Shown one piece after another: positions 17,716-28,211 of a stretch of DNA of 64,000 nucleotides. This DNA is from Acidimicrobiales bacterium (GTDB lineage: Bacteria > Actinomycetota > Acidimicrobiia > Acidimicrobiales > JAUJNH01): assembly GCA_038255915.1 (NCBI GenBank), contig JBBSKY010000001.1, positions 15,268-79,267 of the forward strand, written 5' to 3'. Numbering within the stretch: the stretch's first letter is position 1; each line of letters begins with the position of its first letter. Both the position numbers and the translations under genes were made by a program. Below the pieces are notes generated by a model, which had not been told where the DNA came from, did not search any database, and saw only the letters and a program-made list of their open reading frames with translations.

Positions 17716-19076
17716 CAGACCACCCCCGCTGTCTCAGGCTTGCCGGGCAGGCTACCGGCCGGGGCCGAGCCGACCCGGCGCTCGAACTCCTCGGGGAACA
17801 TGGTCAGGGCGCTCATGATGGGCATGGCCGCCGACGGCCCGAGGAAGCAGATGGTGGTCATGGCGTAGGGGAAGGCCAGGCCGGGGGCGATGTTGTCGCA
17901 CACGTCGCGGAGCAGCTCGAGGTCGCCGGGCCGGCCGTGGCCGTCGACGATGCGCTTCATCACCTTGTCGAGCCAAGAGGTGCCCTCGCGGCACGGGGTG
18001 CACTTGCCGCACGACTCGCGGGCGAAGAAGCGGGCCAGCCGCCAGGCGGCGCGCACCACGTCGGTGTCCTGGTCCATCACCACGATCGACCCCGAGCCCA
18101 GCATCGACCCGCCGCCGCCGGGAAGCACGCCGTTGGACTTTCCCACCTCGTCCTGGCCGAGGGGCAGGTCGAGGTGCTGAGGCCCGAACCACGGGGCGCT
18201 GGCCCCCCCCGGCACGAAGCACTTCAGCTCCTTGCCGCCCCGGATGCCCCCGCCCAGGCCCTCGTCGTAGATGAGGTTGCGGAAGGTGGTCTTCACCATC
18301 TCGACCTCGTAGTTGGCGGGGTTGTTGACGTGACCGGACAGGGCGAAGATGCGGGTCCCGGTGCTGCGGCCGGCGCCAAGGGCGGCGAAGGCGGCGCCGC
18401 CGTTCGAGATGATCCACGGCATGTTCGCCATGGTCTCGACGTTGTTGACGATGGTCGGCTCGCCGTAGAGGCCCATAGCCGCCGGGAAGTACGGGGGCTT
18501 GATGCGGGGCATGCCCCGGCGGCCCTCGAGGCTCTCGAGCAGCGCCGTCTCCTCGCCGCATATGTAGGCGCCAGCCCCCGGCTGCACCACGATGTCGAGG
18601 CTGAAGCCCGACCCGAAGATGTCCTCGCCCAGGGCGCCGTTGCGGTAGGCGTCGTTGACGGCCTGCTGCACCCGCTCGAGGCCGAGGGCGAACTCGCCCC
18701 GCAGGTAGATGAAGGCCTGGCAGGCCTGGATGGCGTAGGCGCTGATGATCGTGCCCTCGACCAATTGGTTGGGGTCGCCCTCGACCAGCATGTGGTCTTT
18801 GAAGGTGGCCGGCTCGCTCTCGTCGCCGTTGATGACGAGGTAGCGGGTGGGGGCCTTGCGCATCATCGACCACTTCTTGCCTGCCTCGAAGCCGGCGCCG
18901 CCCCGGCCGAGGAGGTTGGAGGTGAGGACCTCGGCCTGCACCTGCTCGGGGGTCATCGACAGCGCCTTGCGCAGGCCGTCGTAGCCCCCCGTGGCCAGGA
19001 AGCGCTCGATGGTGTGGCTGTCGTCGTAGGCCGTTATCCGGCTGGTGACGATGCGGGGAACCGTGCGGGTCTCCAT
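17715..19076 (-). CDS. nuoF: NADH-quinone oxidoreductase subunit F
   Basis: GRGGAGFEAGKKW (FMN site), GAGAYICGEETALLESLEG, and ESCGKCTPCREG (N3 cluster). Confidence 0.92.
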   Translation of the reverse strand: METRTVPRIVTSRITAYDDSHTIERFLATGGYDGLRKALSMTPEQVQAEVLTSNLLGRGGAGFEAGKKWSMMRKAPTRYLVINGDESEPATFKDHMLVEGDPNQLVEGTIISAYAIQACQAFIYLRGEFALGLERVQQAVNDAYRNGALGEDIFGSGFSLDIVVQPGAGAYICGEETALLESLEGRRGMPRIKPPYFPAAMGLYGEPTIVNNVETMANMPWIISNGGAAFAALGAGRSTGTRIFALSGHVNNPANYEVEMVKTTFRNLIYDEGLGGGIRGGKELKCFVPGGASAPWFGPQHLDLPLGQDEVGKSNGVLPGGGGSMLGSGSIVVMDQDTDVVRAAWRLARFFARESCGKCTPCREGTSWLDKVMKRIVDGHGRPGDLELLRDVCDNIAPGLAFPYAMTTICFLGPSAAMPIMSALTMFPEEFERRVGSAPAGSLPGKPETAGVV

Positions 19077-19777
19077 CAGCTTTCCTTCTTCTCTTCAGCG
19101 CCGGCCTTGGCCTCGTCGGCCTGGCGCTTGGCCTCGGCCTCCTCGGTGGCCTTCTTGGCCGCGGCCGCCCCGGCGGCCCGGTCGGCGATCTGGCCGGTGA
19201 CGATGGCCCGCTCCTCGGCGATGCGCTCGGGCGCCACCCGGAGGGAGCCCTCGCGCCGGACTCGGATGAGCGTGCCGTGGGAGGGGACCTGGTCGGCCAG
19301 GGCGCCGGCGGCCAGGTCGTCGATCAGCTGGTCGAAGTCGTCGTCGGCCAGGGGGCCGAAGTAGCGGTAGTTCACCTGGGCGCAGGGAGCCTTGTTGCAG
19401 TGGGCCACGCACTCCACCTCCTCCAGGGTGAACAGGCCGTCGGGGGTGGTGGCCCCGTGCTTGATGCCCAGGCGCTGCTCGGCGTGGTGCAGCAGCTCCT
19501 CGGCACCATCCAGCATGCAGGCGATGTTCGTGCAGATCCCCACCAGGTAGCGGCCCACGGGCTCGGTGTGGAACATGTCGTAGAAGCTGGCCACCGACAG
19601 CACCTCGGCCGGCAGCAGGCCGACCAGCTCGGCCACGTGCTCCATGCCGTCCTCGGAGAGGTAGCCGTCCTGCTCCTGCAGCACGTGCAGGAGCGGCAGC
19701 AGGGCGCTGCGGGGCTGGGGGTAGAGGGCCATCAGGTCGACGGCCCGCTTCTCGAACTCGGGCGCCAGACGGCTCAT
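19076..19777 (-). CDS. nuoE: NADH-quinone oxidoreductase subunit E
   Basis: YPQPRSALLPLLH..., ICTNIACML and VECVAHCNKAP 2Fe-2S ligands. Lys/Glu/Ala-rich C-terminal tail. Confidence 0.9.
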   Translation of the reverse strand: MSRLAPEFEKRAVDLMALYPQPRSALLPLLHVLQEQDGYLSEDGMEHVAELVGLLPAEVLSVASFYDMFHTEPVGRYLVGICTNIACMLDGAEELLHHAEQRLGIKHGATTPDGLFTLEEVECVAHCNKAPCAQVNYRYFGPLADDDFDQLIDDLAAGALADQVPSHGTLIRVRREGSLRVAPERIAEERAIVTGQIADRAAGAAAAKKATEEAEAKRQADEAKAGAEEKKES

Positions 19778-19787
19778 GTCGCACCCC

Positions 19788-21155
19788 TCATCTGTCGACC
19801 TCGCCCATGACGGGGTCGATCGAGCTGATGACGGCCACCGCGTCGGCGATGAGGCCGCCCCGAAGCATGACCGGCAGGCTCTGGAGGTTCACGAAGCTGG
19901 GGCCCCGGATATGCAGGCGGTAGGGCTTGGGCCCGCCGTCGGCCACCAGGTAGCAGCCCAGCTCCCCCCGGGGCGACTCGACGGCCACGTAGGTCTCCCC
20001 CTCGGGCACCTTGAAGCCCTCGGTGAAGAGCTTGAAGTGGTGGATGAGCGCCTCCATCGACTCGTCGATGCGGCTGCGGGGCGGCGGGGTGACCTTCTTG
20101 TCCTGCACCCGGTAGTCGCCCTTCGGCATCAGGTCGACGATCTGCTCGACGATGTGCAGGCTCTGGCGGATCTCCTCCAGGCGGATGGCGTAGCGATCGA
20201 AGGCGTCGCCGTAGGTGCCCACGATCACGTCGAACTCGACCTGGTCGTAGTACAGGTACGGGGCGTCGCGCCGCAGGTCCCAGTCGACCCCGGACGAGCG
20301 CAGCAGCGGCCCGGTAGCCGACAGGGCGATGGCCTGCTCGGGGGTGATGACCCCGACGCCCTGGGTGCGGTCGGTGAAGATCGGCTGGCCGGTGAGCAGC
20401 ACGTCGTACTCGTCGAGCCGAGGCGGCAGGACCTTGCACAGCTCGAGGACGTCGGCCTGCCAGCCGGCCGGCAGGTCGGCCGCCGAGCCGCCGGGGCGGA
20501 TGAAGTTGTGGTTCATCCGCAGACCGGTGACCTTCTCGAAGAACGACAGCACCAGCTCGCGCTCGCGCCAGCCGTAGATCATCATCGACACGGCGCCCAG
20601 GTCCATGCCGTTGGTGGCCATGAACAGCAGGTGGCTGGAGACGCGGTTCAGCTCCATCAGGAGCATGCGGATCCACACCGCCCGGGGTGGCAGCTCGACC
20701 CCGAGGAGCTCCTCGACGGCCATGGCGAACACGCTCTCGTTGAACAGCGGCGCCAGGTAGTCCATGCGGGTGACGTTGGTGCCGCCCTGGACGTAGGTGA
20801 GGTCCTCGCCGGTGCGCTCCATGCCGGTGTGGAGGTAGCCGATGACCGGCTTGGTCCGCAAGACGGTCTCGCCGTCGAGCTCGAGCATGAGGCGCAGCAC
20901 CCCGTGGGTGCTGGGGTGCTGAGGCCCCATGTTGATGATCATCGTCTCGTCCTCGCCCACCTCGGTGACGAGGTCGCCGGGGTCGAGGGTGATGCCCTCG
21001 GGCAGGCGGAGGGCGGCGCCGGTCTCGCGGAGCAGCTCGAGCGAGTCGGTGTCGGCCCGCCCGTGCATCTCCTGGGAGGGATCGAGGTCGCCGCTCGGCG
21101 CCAGGGCGTCGGTGGGCGGGACAGCGTCGGTGGGCAGGTGCCCGGTGGTGGCCAA
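19788..21155 (-). CDS. nuoD: NADH-quinone oxidoreductase subunit D
   Basis: NMGPQHPSTHGVLRL ... C-terminal SIDPVMGEVDR. A TTG at 21155 is preceded by GGAGGAG just after the nuoC stop. An alternative ATG (MHGRADTD) lies 90 nt downstream. Confidence 0.88.
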   Translation of the reverse strand: MATTGHLPTDAVPPTDALAPSGDLDPSQEMHGRADTDSLELLRETGAALRLPEGITLDPGDLVTEVGEDETMIINMGPQHPSTHGVLRLMLELDGETVLRTKPVIGYLHTGMERTGEDLTYVQGGTNVTRMDYLAPLFNESVFAMAVEELLGVELPPRAVWIRMLLMELNRVSSHLLFMATNGMDLGAVSMMIYGWRERELVLSFFEKVTGLRMNHNFIRPGGSAADLPAGWQADVLELCKVLPPRLDEYDVLLTGQPIFTDRTQGVGVITPEQAIALSATGPLLRSSGVDWDLRRDAPYLYYDQVEFDVIVGTYGDAFDRYAIRLEEIRQSLHIVEQIVDLMPKGDYRVQDKKVTPPPRSRIDESMEALIHHFKLFTEGFKVPEGETYVAVESPRGELGCYLVADGGPKPYRLHIRGPSFVNLQSLPVMLRGGLIADAVAVISSIDPVMGEVDR

Positions 21156-21163
21156 GGCTCCTC

Positions 21164-21672
21164 CTAGCGGGTGCTCGGCGCGGCGCGGAACTGGACGGGG
21201 ACCCGCCCGGGGGCCAGGTCCTTGCGGAGGGGGTGGCCCTCCCAGTCGTCGGGCAGCAGGATGCGGGTGGGGTCGGGATGGCCGCCGAAGATGATCCCCA
21301 TGAGGTCGTAGGCCTCGCGCTCCATGGCCTCGGAGCCGGGCCACAGCTGAAAGGCGGTGGGCACCGTGGTGTCGGCCTCGGGCACCTGGCACCGCACCCG
21401 CAGGTGGCGGTGGGTGGCCAGGTCGCGCACGGTGAGGACGACCTCGAAGCGCTCGGCCTCGATGCCGTCCGGCACGGTGCGGTCACCGTTGGTGAGCTGG
21501 TCGACGGCGCACAGGTCGGCGCAGAAGGCGTAGCCGTCGGCGTGAAGCGCCTGCAGCAGGCCCAGGTAGCGGGCGACGTCGGTGTGCACCACGGTGGTCC
21601 CCCGCACCTGCACGGCGGGCAGGCCGTGCAGGGTGAGCGGCTCGGCCGCAGCGACCTCAGTCGCCTGCTCGC

Positions 21673-21676
<4 letters not shown>
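21164..21676 (-). CDS. nuoC: NADH-quinone oxidoreductase subunit C
   Basis: [42 protein letters not shown]. The GTG start overlaps the nuoB stop (GTGA at 21673-21676). Confidence 0.85.
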
Positions 21677-22263
<587 letters not shown>

Positions 22264-22317
22264 GGGCCGGAGGCTAGGCCAGGGAGGGGGGTGGGAGGCG
22301 AAACGTCGGCCGGGGCC

Positions 22318-22770
22318 TCAGGCGGCTCGGTTGGGCCGGGTGACCTTGCGCACGGTGGTGCGGCTGGTGCGGGCCTGGCCGGCGGTCTCGGGGGCCACCG
22401 AGCGGCTGGTCTTGGAGGGACCCCAGTCGAGGGCGCCGTTGGACAGCAGGTAGGCGAACGACACGAAGACGGCCAGGGCGAAGACCACCATCTCCACCAG
22501 ACCGAAGAGGCCGAGCTGGTCGAAGATCACCGCCCACGGGTAGAGGAAGATGATCTCGATGTCGAAGATGATGAAGATCATGGCGATCAGGTAGAAGCGC
22601 ACCGGAAAGCGCTCGGCCGGCTCGTGGGAGGGCACGATGCCGCACTCGTACGGCGCCTCCTTGGCCAGCGTCGGCTTGCGCACGGCCAGCAGCCCGGGGA
22701 GGAAGGCGGCGGAGGCGGCGAAGACCATGCCGAGCGCCACCATGATGACCACGGGCAGGAAGCCGTCCAC
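22318..22770 (-). CDS. nuoA: NADH-quinone oxidoreductase subunit A
   Basis: YECGIVPSHEPAERFPVRFYLIAMIFIIFDIEIIFLYPWA is typical of NuoA/ND3. About 35 aa of basic C-terminal extension. Confidence 0.85.
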   Translation of the reverse strand: MDGFLPVVIMVALGMVFAASAAFLPGLLAVRKPTLAKEAPYECGIVPSHEPAERFPVRFYLIAMIFIIFDIEIIFLYPWAVIFDQLGLFGLVEMVVFALAVFVSFAYLLSNGALDWGPSKTSRSVAPETAGQARTSRTTVRKVTRPNRAA

Positions 22771-22780
22771 GGTCGGGACC

Positions 22781-23665
22781 CTAGGCGCGGGCGGGGGCGG
22801 CGCGGGAGGAGCCGGCCGCCTTGCGAGCCATGATCTCCTTGTCGCGCTGGTGCAGCGACCAGGTGGTCACGGCGAACACGACGAACCAGAAGAACGCGAA
22901 CATGGCCGGGGGGAAGCGCAGCGAGCCCCGGTCGCGCACCATGACGAGCGTCTGCGTCGGCTGCGACAGGTCGGGCCGGGCCTCCTCGGTGAGGTCCTCG
23001 GCGTTCAATTCCGGCGCCTTCTTCTGGACGGTGATGACCACCCGGTTGGCCGGTGCCCGGAACCAGCCGACCGGGTTGTACCAGGCGCCCTGCTTGAAGA
23101 AGCGGTGGTTCTTGATCTTGAACCAGACGCCAGCGTCACGGCCGCCGTGCTGGTAGGCCGCCACCTGCAGGTAGTCGTTGGGCGAGCCGTAGGGCGGCTG
23201 GAACTTCGGCGGCTCCTTGGTCTGGCCCTCGGGCGCCTCTCCGGTGTCGGGGGCCAACAGCTTGTCGGCCGCGGCGGTGGCGTCGCCCCGCACCGGGTCG
23301 CCCTGGGGCAGCTCGCGCCACCCTCCGGTGGGCTCCTCGCCGATGCGAGCGGGTAGCCCGTCGGTCCCCTCGCTGAGGGCGGCTGCGGGCGGCCCGGCGG
23401 CGATCTCGGTCGCCTTCCAGGACGGCTGGCGTCCGACCAGCCCGCCAGCGTTGAAGGTCCAGAGCAGGCCCAGCATGGCGCAGAAGCCGGAGAGCCCGGC
23501 CACGGTGATGAGGAATCCCACCCGTGCCCCGACGTTGGTGCTGGTGATGAGGAAGACGCTGCCGACCAGCACCGCCACCGCGAACAGCACGATGACGATG
23601 CCGCGGATCTGGGGGTCCCAGGAGAACTCGGCCAGGAGGGGGGCGGCGCCCAGGAGGAAGGTCAT
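22781..23665 (-). CDS. Uncharacterised membrane protein (two N-terminal TM segments, one C-terminal) lying between the cytochrome c gene and nuoA
   Basis: 294 aa. Hydrophobic segments IVIVLFAVAVLVGSVFLI, FLITVAGLSGFCAMLGLLW and AMFAFFWFVVFAVTTW flank a soluble domain of about 170 aa. 3-nt gap to the upstream gene and 10-nt gap to nuoA. No family recognised. Confidence 0.6.
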   Translation of the reverse strand: MTFLLGAAPLLAEFSWDPQIRGIVIVLFAVAVLVGSVFLITSTNVGARVGFLITVAGLSGFCAMLGLLWTFNAGGLVGRQPSWKATEIAAGPPAAALSEGTDGLPARIGEEPTGGWRELPQGDPVRGDATAAADKLLAPDTGEAPEGQTKEPPKFQPPYGSPNDYLQVAAYQHGGRDAGVWFKIKNHRFFKQGAWYNPVGWFRAPANRVVITVQKKAPELNAEDLTEEARPDLSQPTQTLVMVRDRGSLRFPPAMFAFFWFVVFAVTTWSLHQRDKEIMARKAAGSSRAAPARA

Positions 23666-23668
23666 GGC

Positions 23669-24715
23669 CTAGAGCGACCGCTCGTAGGCGACGATGGCGG
23701 CGATGTCCTCATCGCTGAGGACCTCGCCGAAGTAGGGCATGCCGCCGCCGGCGTCGTGGCCGATGCCGCCCTCGCCGTAGGGCTCGCCGTACTGGGCGCC
23801 CTCCTTGATGAACTCGATCATCTCCTCGACCTTCGGGAACTGACGGACGGTGGAGCCGTCACGCAGGTTGGGGCCGTAGCGACCGCCGCCCGAGACCTCG
23901 GGGCGGTTGAAGCTGAACCCACGGGTGTGGCAGCGGGCGCAGTTGCCGTTGAACAGGCTCTCGCCGTCGATCAGCGGCTCGCCGGCCAGATCGAGCTTGT
24001 CCGCCTTTCGGGCCTCGCCGGCCGCGTTGGCGAGGGCCTGGGCCTTCGCGGCCTCCGGATCGACCTTCAGCCCGTGGTCCTCGACGCTCGTCTGCATGAA
24101 CTGGACCAGATCCTCGATCTGTTGGTCGTTCATGGGGCCACCGCCCTTGATGCCCCACGCCGGCATGGGCGTGCCGGCCCGCCCGTAGACCAGGATCTGA
24201 CGGATCTGCTCGGTGCTGTAGCGGTAGGCCACGGTGTTGATGGCCGGCGCCGCCCAGGTCACCTGCTCGGTGCGGCCCAGGAAGTCGGTGATCGTGTACT
24301 TGGTCACCCCGCCGCCGCCGTCGGCCCCGTGGCAGGTGGCGCACCCGAAGTGGGCGCCGTGCTCAGGCGAGTCGGTGGGCTGGTACAGCGAGTGGCCCCG
24401 CTTCACCGCCCGGTTGTCGAAGCCCTTGATGGCGTTGACCTGCCGGCCCGACTCCATCACCCAGTAGGCGGGCAGCCCCACGGCGCTGACCGCGGTGAGC
24501 AGCAGGGCGACCCCGAGGGCGGCGTCGAGCTTCTTGGTCTCGAGCTGGTCGTCGTCGAAGTACGGCTTGCGGTTGGGGGCGAGCTCGATCTCCGAGCCTG
24601 GAGGGGCCCCGGCCTTCATGAGGTGGGTGATGAGGTAGCCGAGCCAGCCCAGGATGAGGACGGCGCCGATGACCACCCCCACCTTCTGCTGGCTGGAGAA
24701 CGCGGCGACGATCAT
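23669..24715 (-). CDS. Membrane-anchored dihaem c-type cytochrome (QcrC/PetX-like)
   Basis: Two CxxCH motifs (CATCH, CARCH), each followed by a Met-containing segment, plus two N-terminal TM segments. The ATG overlaps the Rieske gene stop (ATGA at 24712-24715). Confidence 0.85.
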   Translation of the reverse strand: MIVAAFSSQQKVGVVIGAVLILGWLGYLITHLMKAGAPPGSEIELAPNRKPYFDDDQLETKKLDAALGVALLLTAVSAVGLPAYWVMESGRQVNAIKGFDNRAVKRGHSLYQPTDSPEHGAHFGCATCHGADGGGGVTKYTITDFLGRTEQVTWAAPAINTVAYRYSTEQIRQILVYGRAGTPMPAWGIKGGGPMNDQQIEDLVQFMQTSVEDHGLKVDPEAAKAQALANAAGEARKADKLDLAGEPLIDGESLFNGNCARCHTRGFSFNRPEVSGGGRYGPNLRDGSTVRQFPKVEEMIEFIKEGAQYGEPYGEGGIGHDAGGGMPYFGEVLSDEDIAAIVAYERSL

Positions 24716-25557
24716 GCGCAGTGGGGCCCTTCGATCTGCTGGCCCGTGGTGTCGGTGCCGATGGGGGGGCCGCTGATGACCGTGGCGGTGTCGACGACGA
24801 TGTCGCCGCCGTCGATCGAGATGGTGAAGTGGTCGCAGCCGCGAGGCGCCGGGCCACCCTTCTTCTCGCCCACCCGGTTGTACTGCGAGCCGTGGCACGG
24901 GCACTCGAACCACTGCGAGCTGGCGCACCACGGCACCCGGCAGCCCAGGTGCACGCACTTCTGGTAGATGGCCACGACCCCGGCCTCGAAGCCAGGGATC
25001 AGGGCCGAGTACGAGGCGACGCTCTTCGCCTTCTCGACGCCGGACTTCGGGTAGGGGTTGAGGTAGAACCGGCCCTCCGGGTTGTACACCGGCTCCTTGG
25101 TCTCGGCCATCTCGGCCAGGGCGTCGGTCAGGGGACCGACGGTGATCTTGGAGCCGAAGCCGCCCTTCAGCGTGGGCCACAGGAAGGCGATGCAGGCGGC
25201 CCCGAAGCCGGAGAGGGCGAAGGCGAACATCCCGCCCACGCTGCGGTTCAGGAACTGGCGGCGGGTGACGCCGAAGGCATCGGCGTCGAGCGGCTCCCGC
25301 AGGGCCACGGGGGCCGGCCGGGCCGGGGCCAGGTCGCCGCCGCGACGGGCCAGGGCCGAGGTGCGCTCGACCTCACGGCCGCTGGTGGCGAGCCCCCCGG
25401 CGGCGGTGTCGCCCATGGCCGGGTTGGCCTTGTCGCGCCTGGCGGTCTCACGGCTCACCGAGCCGGTGGCCCGCTCGCGATCGCGACGGGCGAAGGTCAC
25501 GGCGAGGAAGACGATGACCAGCACCGCAACCACGACGACGGCGACGACGAACAGCAC
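24712..25557 (-). CDS. Rieske 2Fe-2S subunit of a cytochrome bc/b6c complex
   Basis: CVHLGC...CPCHGS Rieske boxes. Twin-arginine-like TRRQFLN followed by a TM segment, plus one extra N-terminal TM segment. Confidence 0.88.
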   Translation of the reverse strand: MLFVVAVVVVAVLVIVFLAVTFARRDRERATGSVSRETARRDKANPAMGDTAAGGLATSGREVERTSALARRGGDLAPARPAPVALREPLDADAFGVTRRQFLNRSVGGMFAFALSGFGAACIAFLWPTLKGGFGSKITVGPLTDALAEMAETKEPVYNPEGRFYLNPYPKSGVEKAKSVASYSALIPGFEAGVVAIYQKCVHLGCRVPWCASSQWFECPCHGSQYNRVGEKKGGPAPRGCDHFTISIDGGDIVVDTATVISGPPIGTDTTGQQIEGPHCA

Positions 25558-25569
25558 GAACGGAGCCCC

Positions 25570-26265
25570 TTAGAGGTCGAAGATGTCGTGGACGCCCTGG
25601 CGCCACGGGAGGATGAAGTTGAAGCCTTCGCCCCGGAAGAACGAGCCGATGATCACGAGCACGGCCCAGAACATCATGAAGAAGGTGAACAGGGCGATGG
25701 CGAACTTCCGGTCTTCCGGCTTGTTCGACGGGTTCCGGTCGATGTAGCCGGCGACGGCCAGTCCGGCCATGCCCACCCCGGGGATGGCCACCCCGGCCAC
25801 CATCGGGTGGAACATCTTGAGCAGCTCCTGCAGCCCGAGGAAGTACCAGGGGGCCTTGGAGGGGTTGGGGGTGAGGTTGTAGTTGGCGGCGCCGAGCAGC
25901 GGCGCGTTCACGAAGACGGAGAAGACGAGCAGGAACGCGGTCATGGCCAGCACCGAACAGAACTCGACGACCAGCAGGTGGGGCCAGACGTGCACCTTGT
26001 CGGTGGGCACCGCCTTGACGTCCTGGATCGACCCCGCCTTGACGACGGTGAGCAGGCGCTGGGTGTGCCCGGTGGCGCCCACGCTGGGCGGCGGGGCGGC
26101 GGGGCGGGTGGCCTCGGCCGTGGCGGCCGGGCGCTCGGCGGTGGCCACGGCCGAGCCGCTGTCCTTGGGCGCGGCGTCTTCGGCGCCGCCCCCCTCCTTC
26201 TTGGCCAGCGCCGCATCGCGGGCGGCCTGAGCCCGCTTCAGCAGGTGCTCGGGGATCTCACCCAT
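25570..26265 (-). CDS. Cytochrome b C-terminal domain / b6f subunit IV-like protein with a long N-terminal extension
   Basis: NPSKAPWYFLGLQELLK (PEWYF-type motif) and three TM segments. About 85 aa of cytoplasmic Ala/Pro-rich N-terminal extension beginning MGEIPEHLLKR. Confidence 0.8.
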   Translation of the reverse strand: MGEIPEHLLKRAQAARDAALAKKEGGGAEDAAPKDSGSAVATAERPAATAEATRPAAPPPSVGATGHTQRLLTVVKAGSIQDVKAVPTDKVHVWPHLLVVEFCSVLAMTAFLLVFSVFVNAPLLGAANYNLTPNPSKAPWYFLGLQELLKMFHPMVAGVAIPGVGMAGLAVAGYIDRNPSNKPEDRKFAIALFTFFMMFWAVLVIIGSFFRGEGFNFILPWRQGVHDIFDL

Positions 26266-26295
26266 GGTCTGCTCTCCTCCCCTTCGCGCACACGA

Positions 26296-27081
26296 TCACA
26301 ACGGACCTGAGATCCCGCCGTCCTTGCGGACCCGCCAGAAGTGGACCGCCATGAAGATGACGATCACGAACGGGAACATCAACACGTGCAGGACGTACCA
26401 TCGCAGCAGCGTCTCCGGCCCGATCTCCACGCCGCCGAGCAGCACGAAACGGACCTGGGAGCCCACCACAGGTGAGTAGCCGATCATGTTGGTGCCCACG
26501 GTCACCGCCCACAGCGCCAGCTGGTCCCAGGGCAGCAGGTACCCCGTGAACGACAGCAGCAGGGTGAGGGTCAGCAGGATGACGCCGATGACCCAGTTGA
26601 ATTCCCGCGGCGCCTTGTAGGCGCCGTGGTAGAAGACCCGCGCCATGTGCAGGAACACGCTGATCACCATGAGGTGGGCGCCCCATCGGTGCATGTTTCG
26701 TACGAGCAGCCCGAACGTGACCGAGGTGTGGAGCGCTTTGATGTCGTTCCAGGCCTGCACGTCGGTCGGTCGGTAGAAGAACATCAAGAAGATGCCCGTG
26801 ACCGTGAGGATGATGAAGAGGAAGAACGACAGGCCGCCGAGGCACAGCGTGTAGCTGACCTTGACGGCGTGGCGCTTCACCTTGACCGGGTGCAGGTGGT
26901 ACAGCACCGAGTTCATGACCACGTAGGACCGGTTCCTCGGGCTGTCGGTGTAGCCCTTGCGGAACACCGATCCGGGCCGGAAGATCGAGTTCCACACCTG
27001 GCCGCCCTGGACCTTGGTCCAGGTCTGGCTGAGCCGCTGCCCCGGGCTGAGGTGGGGCTTGTCTTCGAGTCGCTTGGCCAT
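26296..27081 (-). CDS. Cytochrome b6-type (N-terminal, four-helix) cytochrome b
   Basis: 261 aa. ...CLGGLSFFLFIILTVTGIFLMFFY..., RNMHRWGAHLMVISVFLHMARVFYHGAYK, and LLSFTGYLLPWDQLALWA: haem-ligand His pairs with cytochrome b spacing. Confidence 0.88.
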   Translation of the reverse strand: MAKRLEDKPHLSPGQRLSQTWTKVQGGQVWNSIFRPGSVFRKGYTDSPRNRSYVVMNSVLYHLHPVKVKRHAVKVSYTLCLGGLSFFLFIILTVTGIFLMFFYRPTDVQAWNDIKALHTSVTFGLLVRNMHRWGAHLMVISVFLHMARVFYHGAYKAPREFNWVIGVILLTLTLLLSFTGYLLPWDQLALWAVTVGTNMIGYSPVVGSQVRFVLLGGVEIGPETLLRWYVLHVLMFPFVIVIFMAVHFWRVRKDGGISGPL

Positions 27082-27095
27082 CGAACCTCAGTCTC

Positions 27096-27509
27096 CTAGA
27101 ACCGCATGCCGTAGCCGTAGCCGTGCTTGTTGTCTCTGCCGTGGGGGTCGCCCTCACGGGCGGCGACGCCGACCTTGCCCATGACGATGACCCCGGTGGG
27201 GCACCGGTCGACGCACAGGCCGCACCGGGTGCACACGTCCTCGTCGACCACGAAGATCACGTGGTCGTCGGGGTCGTCGCCGGGAAGCTCGGTGTTGTCG
27301 GCCTCGGCCACCGTGCCGGCCGACAGCATGTGGATGCACTTCCACGGGCAGATGTCTACGCAGCCCTCGCACATGATGCACTCGGCCTGGTCGATGTGCA
27401 GGAACTGCTTCGGCTTCACCGCCCGGGTGAGGGCGCTGGTGTCGATCTCGGTGAGGGTGTACTCGCCCGGGAACAGCGGCAGCGGCGGGTTGGCATCGGT
27501 CTTGGCCAT
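27096..27509 (-). CDS. 2x[4Fe-4S] ferredoxin-like protein encoded inside the bc cluster
   Basis: CIMCEGCVDICP and CTRCGLCVDRCP (CxxCxxCxxxCP twice), separated by an insert of about 45 aa. Trimmed to MAKTDANPP (ATG at 27509). 4-nt gap to the upstream gene and 14-nt gap to the downstream gene. Confidence 0.8.
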   Translation of the reverse strand: MAKTDANPPLPLFPGEYTLTEIDTSALTRAVKPKQFLHIDQAECIMCEGCVDICPWKCIHMLSAGTVAEADNTELPGDDPDDHVIFVVDEDVCTRCGLCVDRCPTGVIVMGKVGVAAREGDPHGRDNKHGYGYGMRF

Positions 27510-27513
27510 GGCC

Positions 27514-28041
27514 TTACACCTGCGCCTTCTGGAGAGGGCGCCCGTAGGCGCTGGTGGTGAGCGCCTCGCGCTCGGCCCGCTGCTTGGCCACCTTGCCTCG
27601 CTTCTGCCAGAAGGCCCACAGCGTGAACTGGGCGGCCAGCATCCCGATGTAGATGGTGGCACCGATGATGTCACGGAAGTGCTCGGCGTTGAGCAGGATC
27701 CGGCCCCGGCCGAAGAAGGTGAGCCCGTTCGGCCACATGACGCCCTTGTCCACCGGGATGAACCAGAGGGCCTTGCCGGGCTTGCCGTCCCAGATCGCCC
27801 CGAGGGGGCCGAGGGGGATCCCCACCTTGTCCCGCCGCCACGCCAACCCGGTGTCGGCCCAGTCGAGCCAGTAGTGCGGGATGAGGCCGTAGGCCAGGAT
27901 GAAGCCGAAGAAGACCCAGGCGGCGGCGACGAAGGCCTCGCCCCAGGTGAGGGGCTGGCCCGGGGGCCGACGGCGCGCCACCGCGAACACGACGCCAACG
28001 ACGAGAAGCCCGCCGAGGATGGAGGAGACGAAGGCCGTCAC
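27514..28041 (-). CDS. Uncharacterised membrane protein (about 3 TM), first gene of the bc cluster
   Basis: VTAFVSSILGGLLVVGVVFAV..., AAAWVFFGFILAYGLIPHYW..., IIGATIYIGMLAAQFTLWAFW. GTG at 28041 with an upstream AGGAG. The start is uncertain and no family was recognised. Confidence 0.55.
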   Translation of the reverse strand: MTAFVSSILGGLLVVGVVFAVARRRPPGQPLTWGEAFVAAAWVFFGFILAYGLIPHYWLDWADTGLAWRRDKVGIPLGPLGAIWDGKPGKALWFIPVDKGVMWPNGLTFFGRGRILLNAEHFRDIIGATIYIGMLAAQFTLWAFWQKRGKVAKQRAEREALTTSAYGRPLQKAQV

Positions 28042-28211
28042 GGTGGTGTTGAAGCTCCTGGCATGGTGCTCGTGATTCGCTGCACAAAGTGTACCGGTGA
28101 GTCCGGGGGATGTCCCACCCGAGGCCAGATGGTCTACCACCGGGCCCGCCCAGAGGGCACATCGTCGCCCGGTTGGTACCCCCCATCCGACCACGACTAC
28201 CTTGCGCAGCG

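Noticed and set aside
28058-28080. Possible Rex operator in the divergent bc/cytochrome c promoter (GTGAttcgctGCACAA)
   Set aside because: The half-site spacing (6 nt between GTGA and GCAC, where 8 is expected) and the flanking bases do not fit TTGTGAA-N6-TTCACAA.
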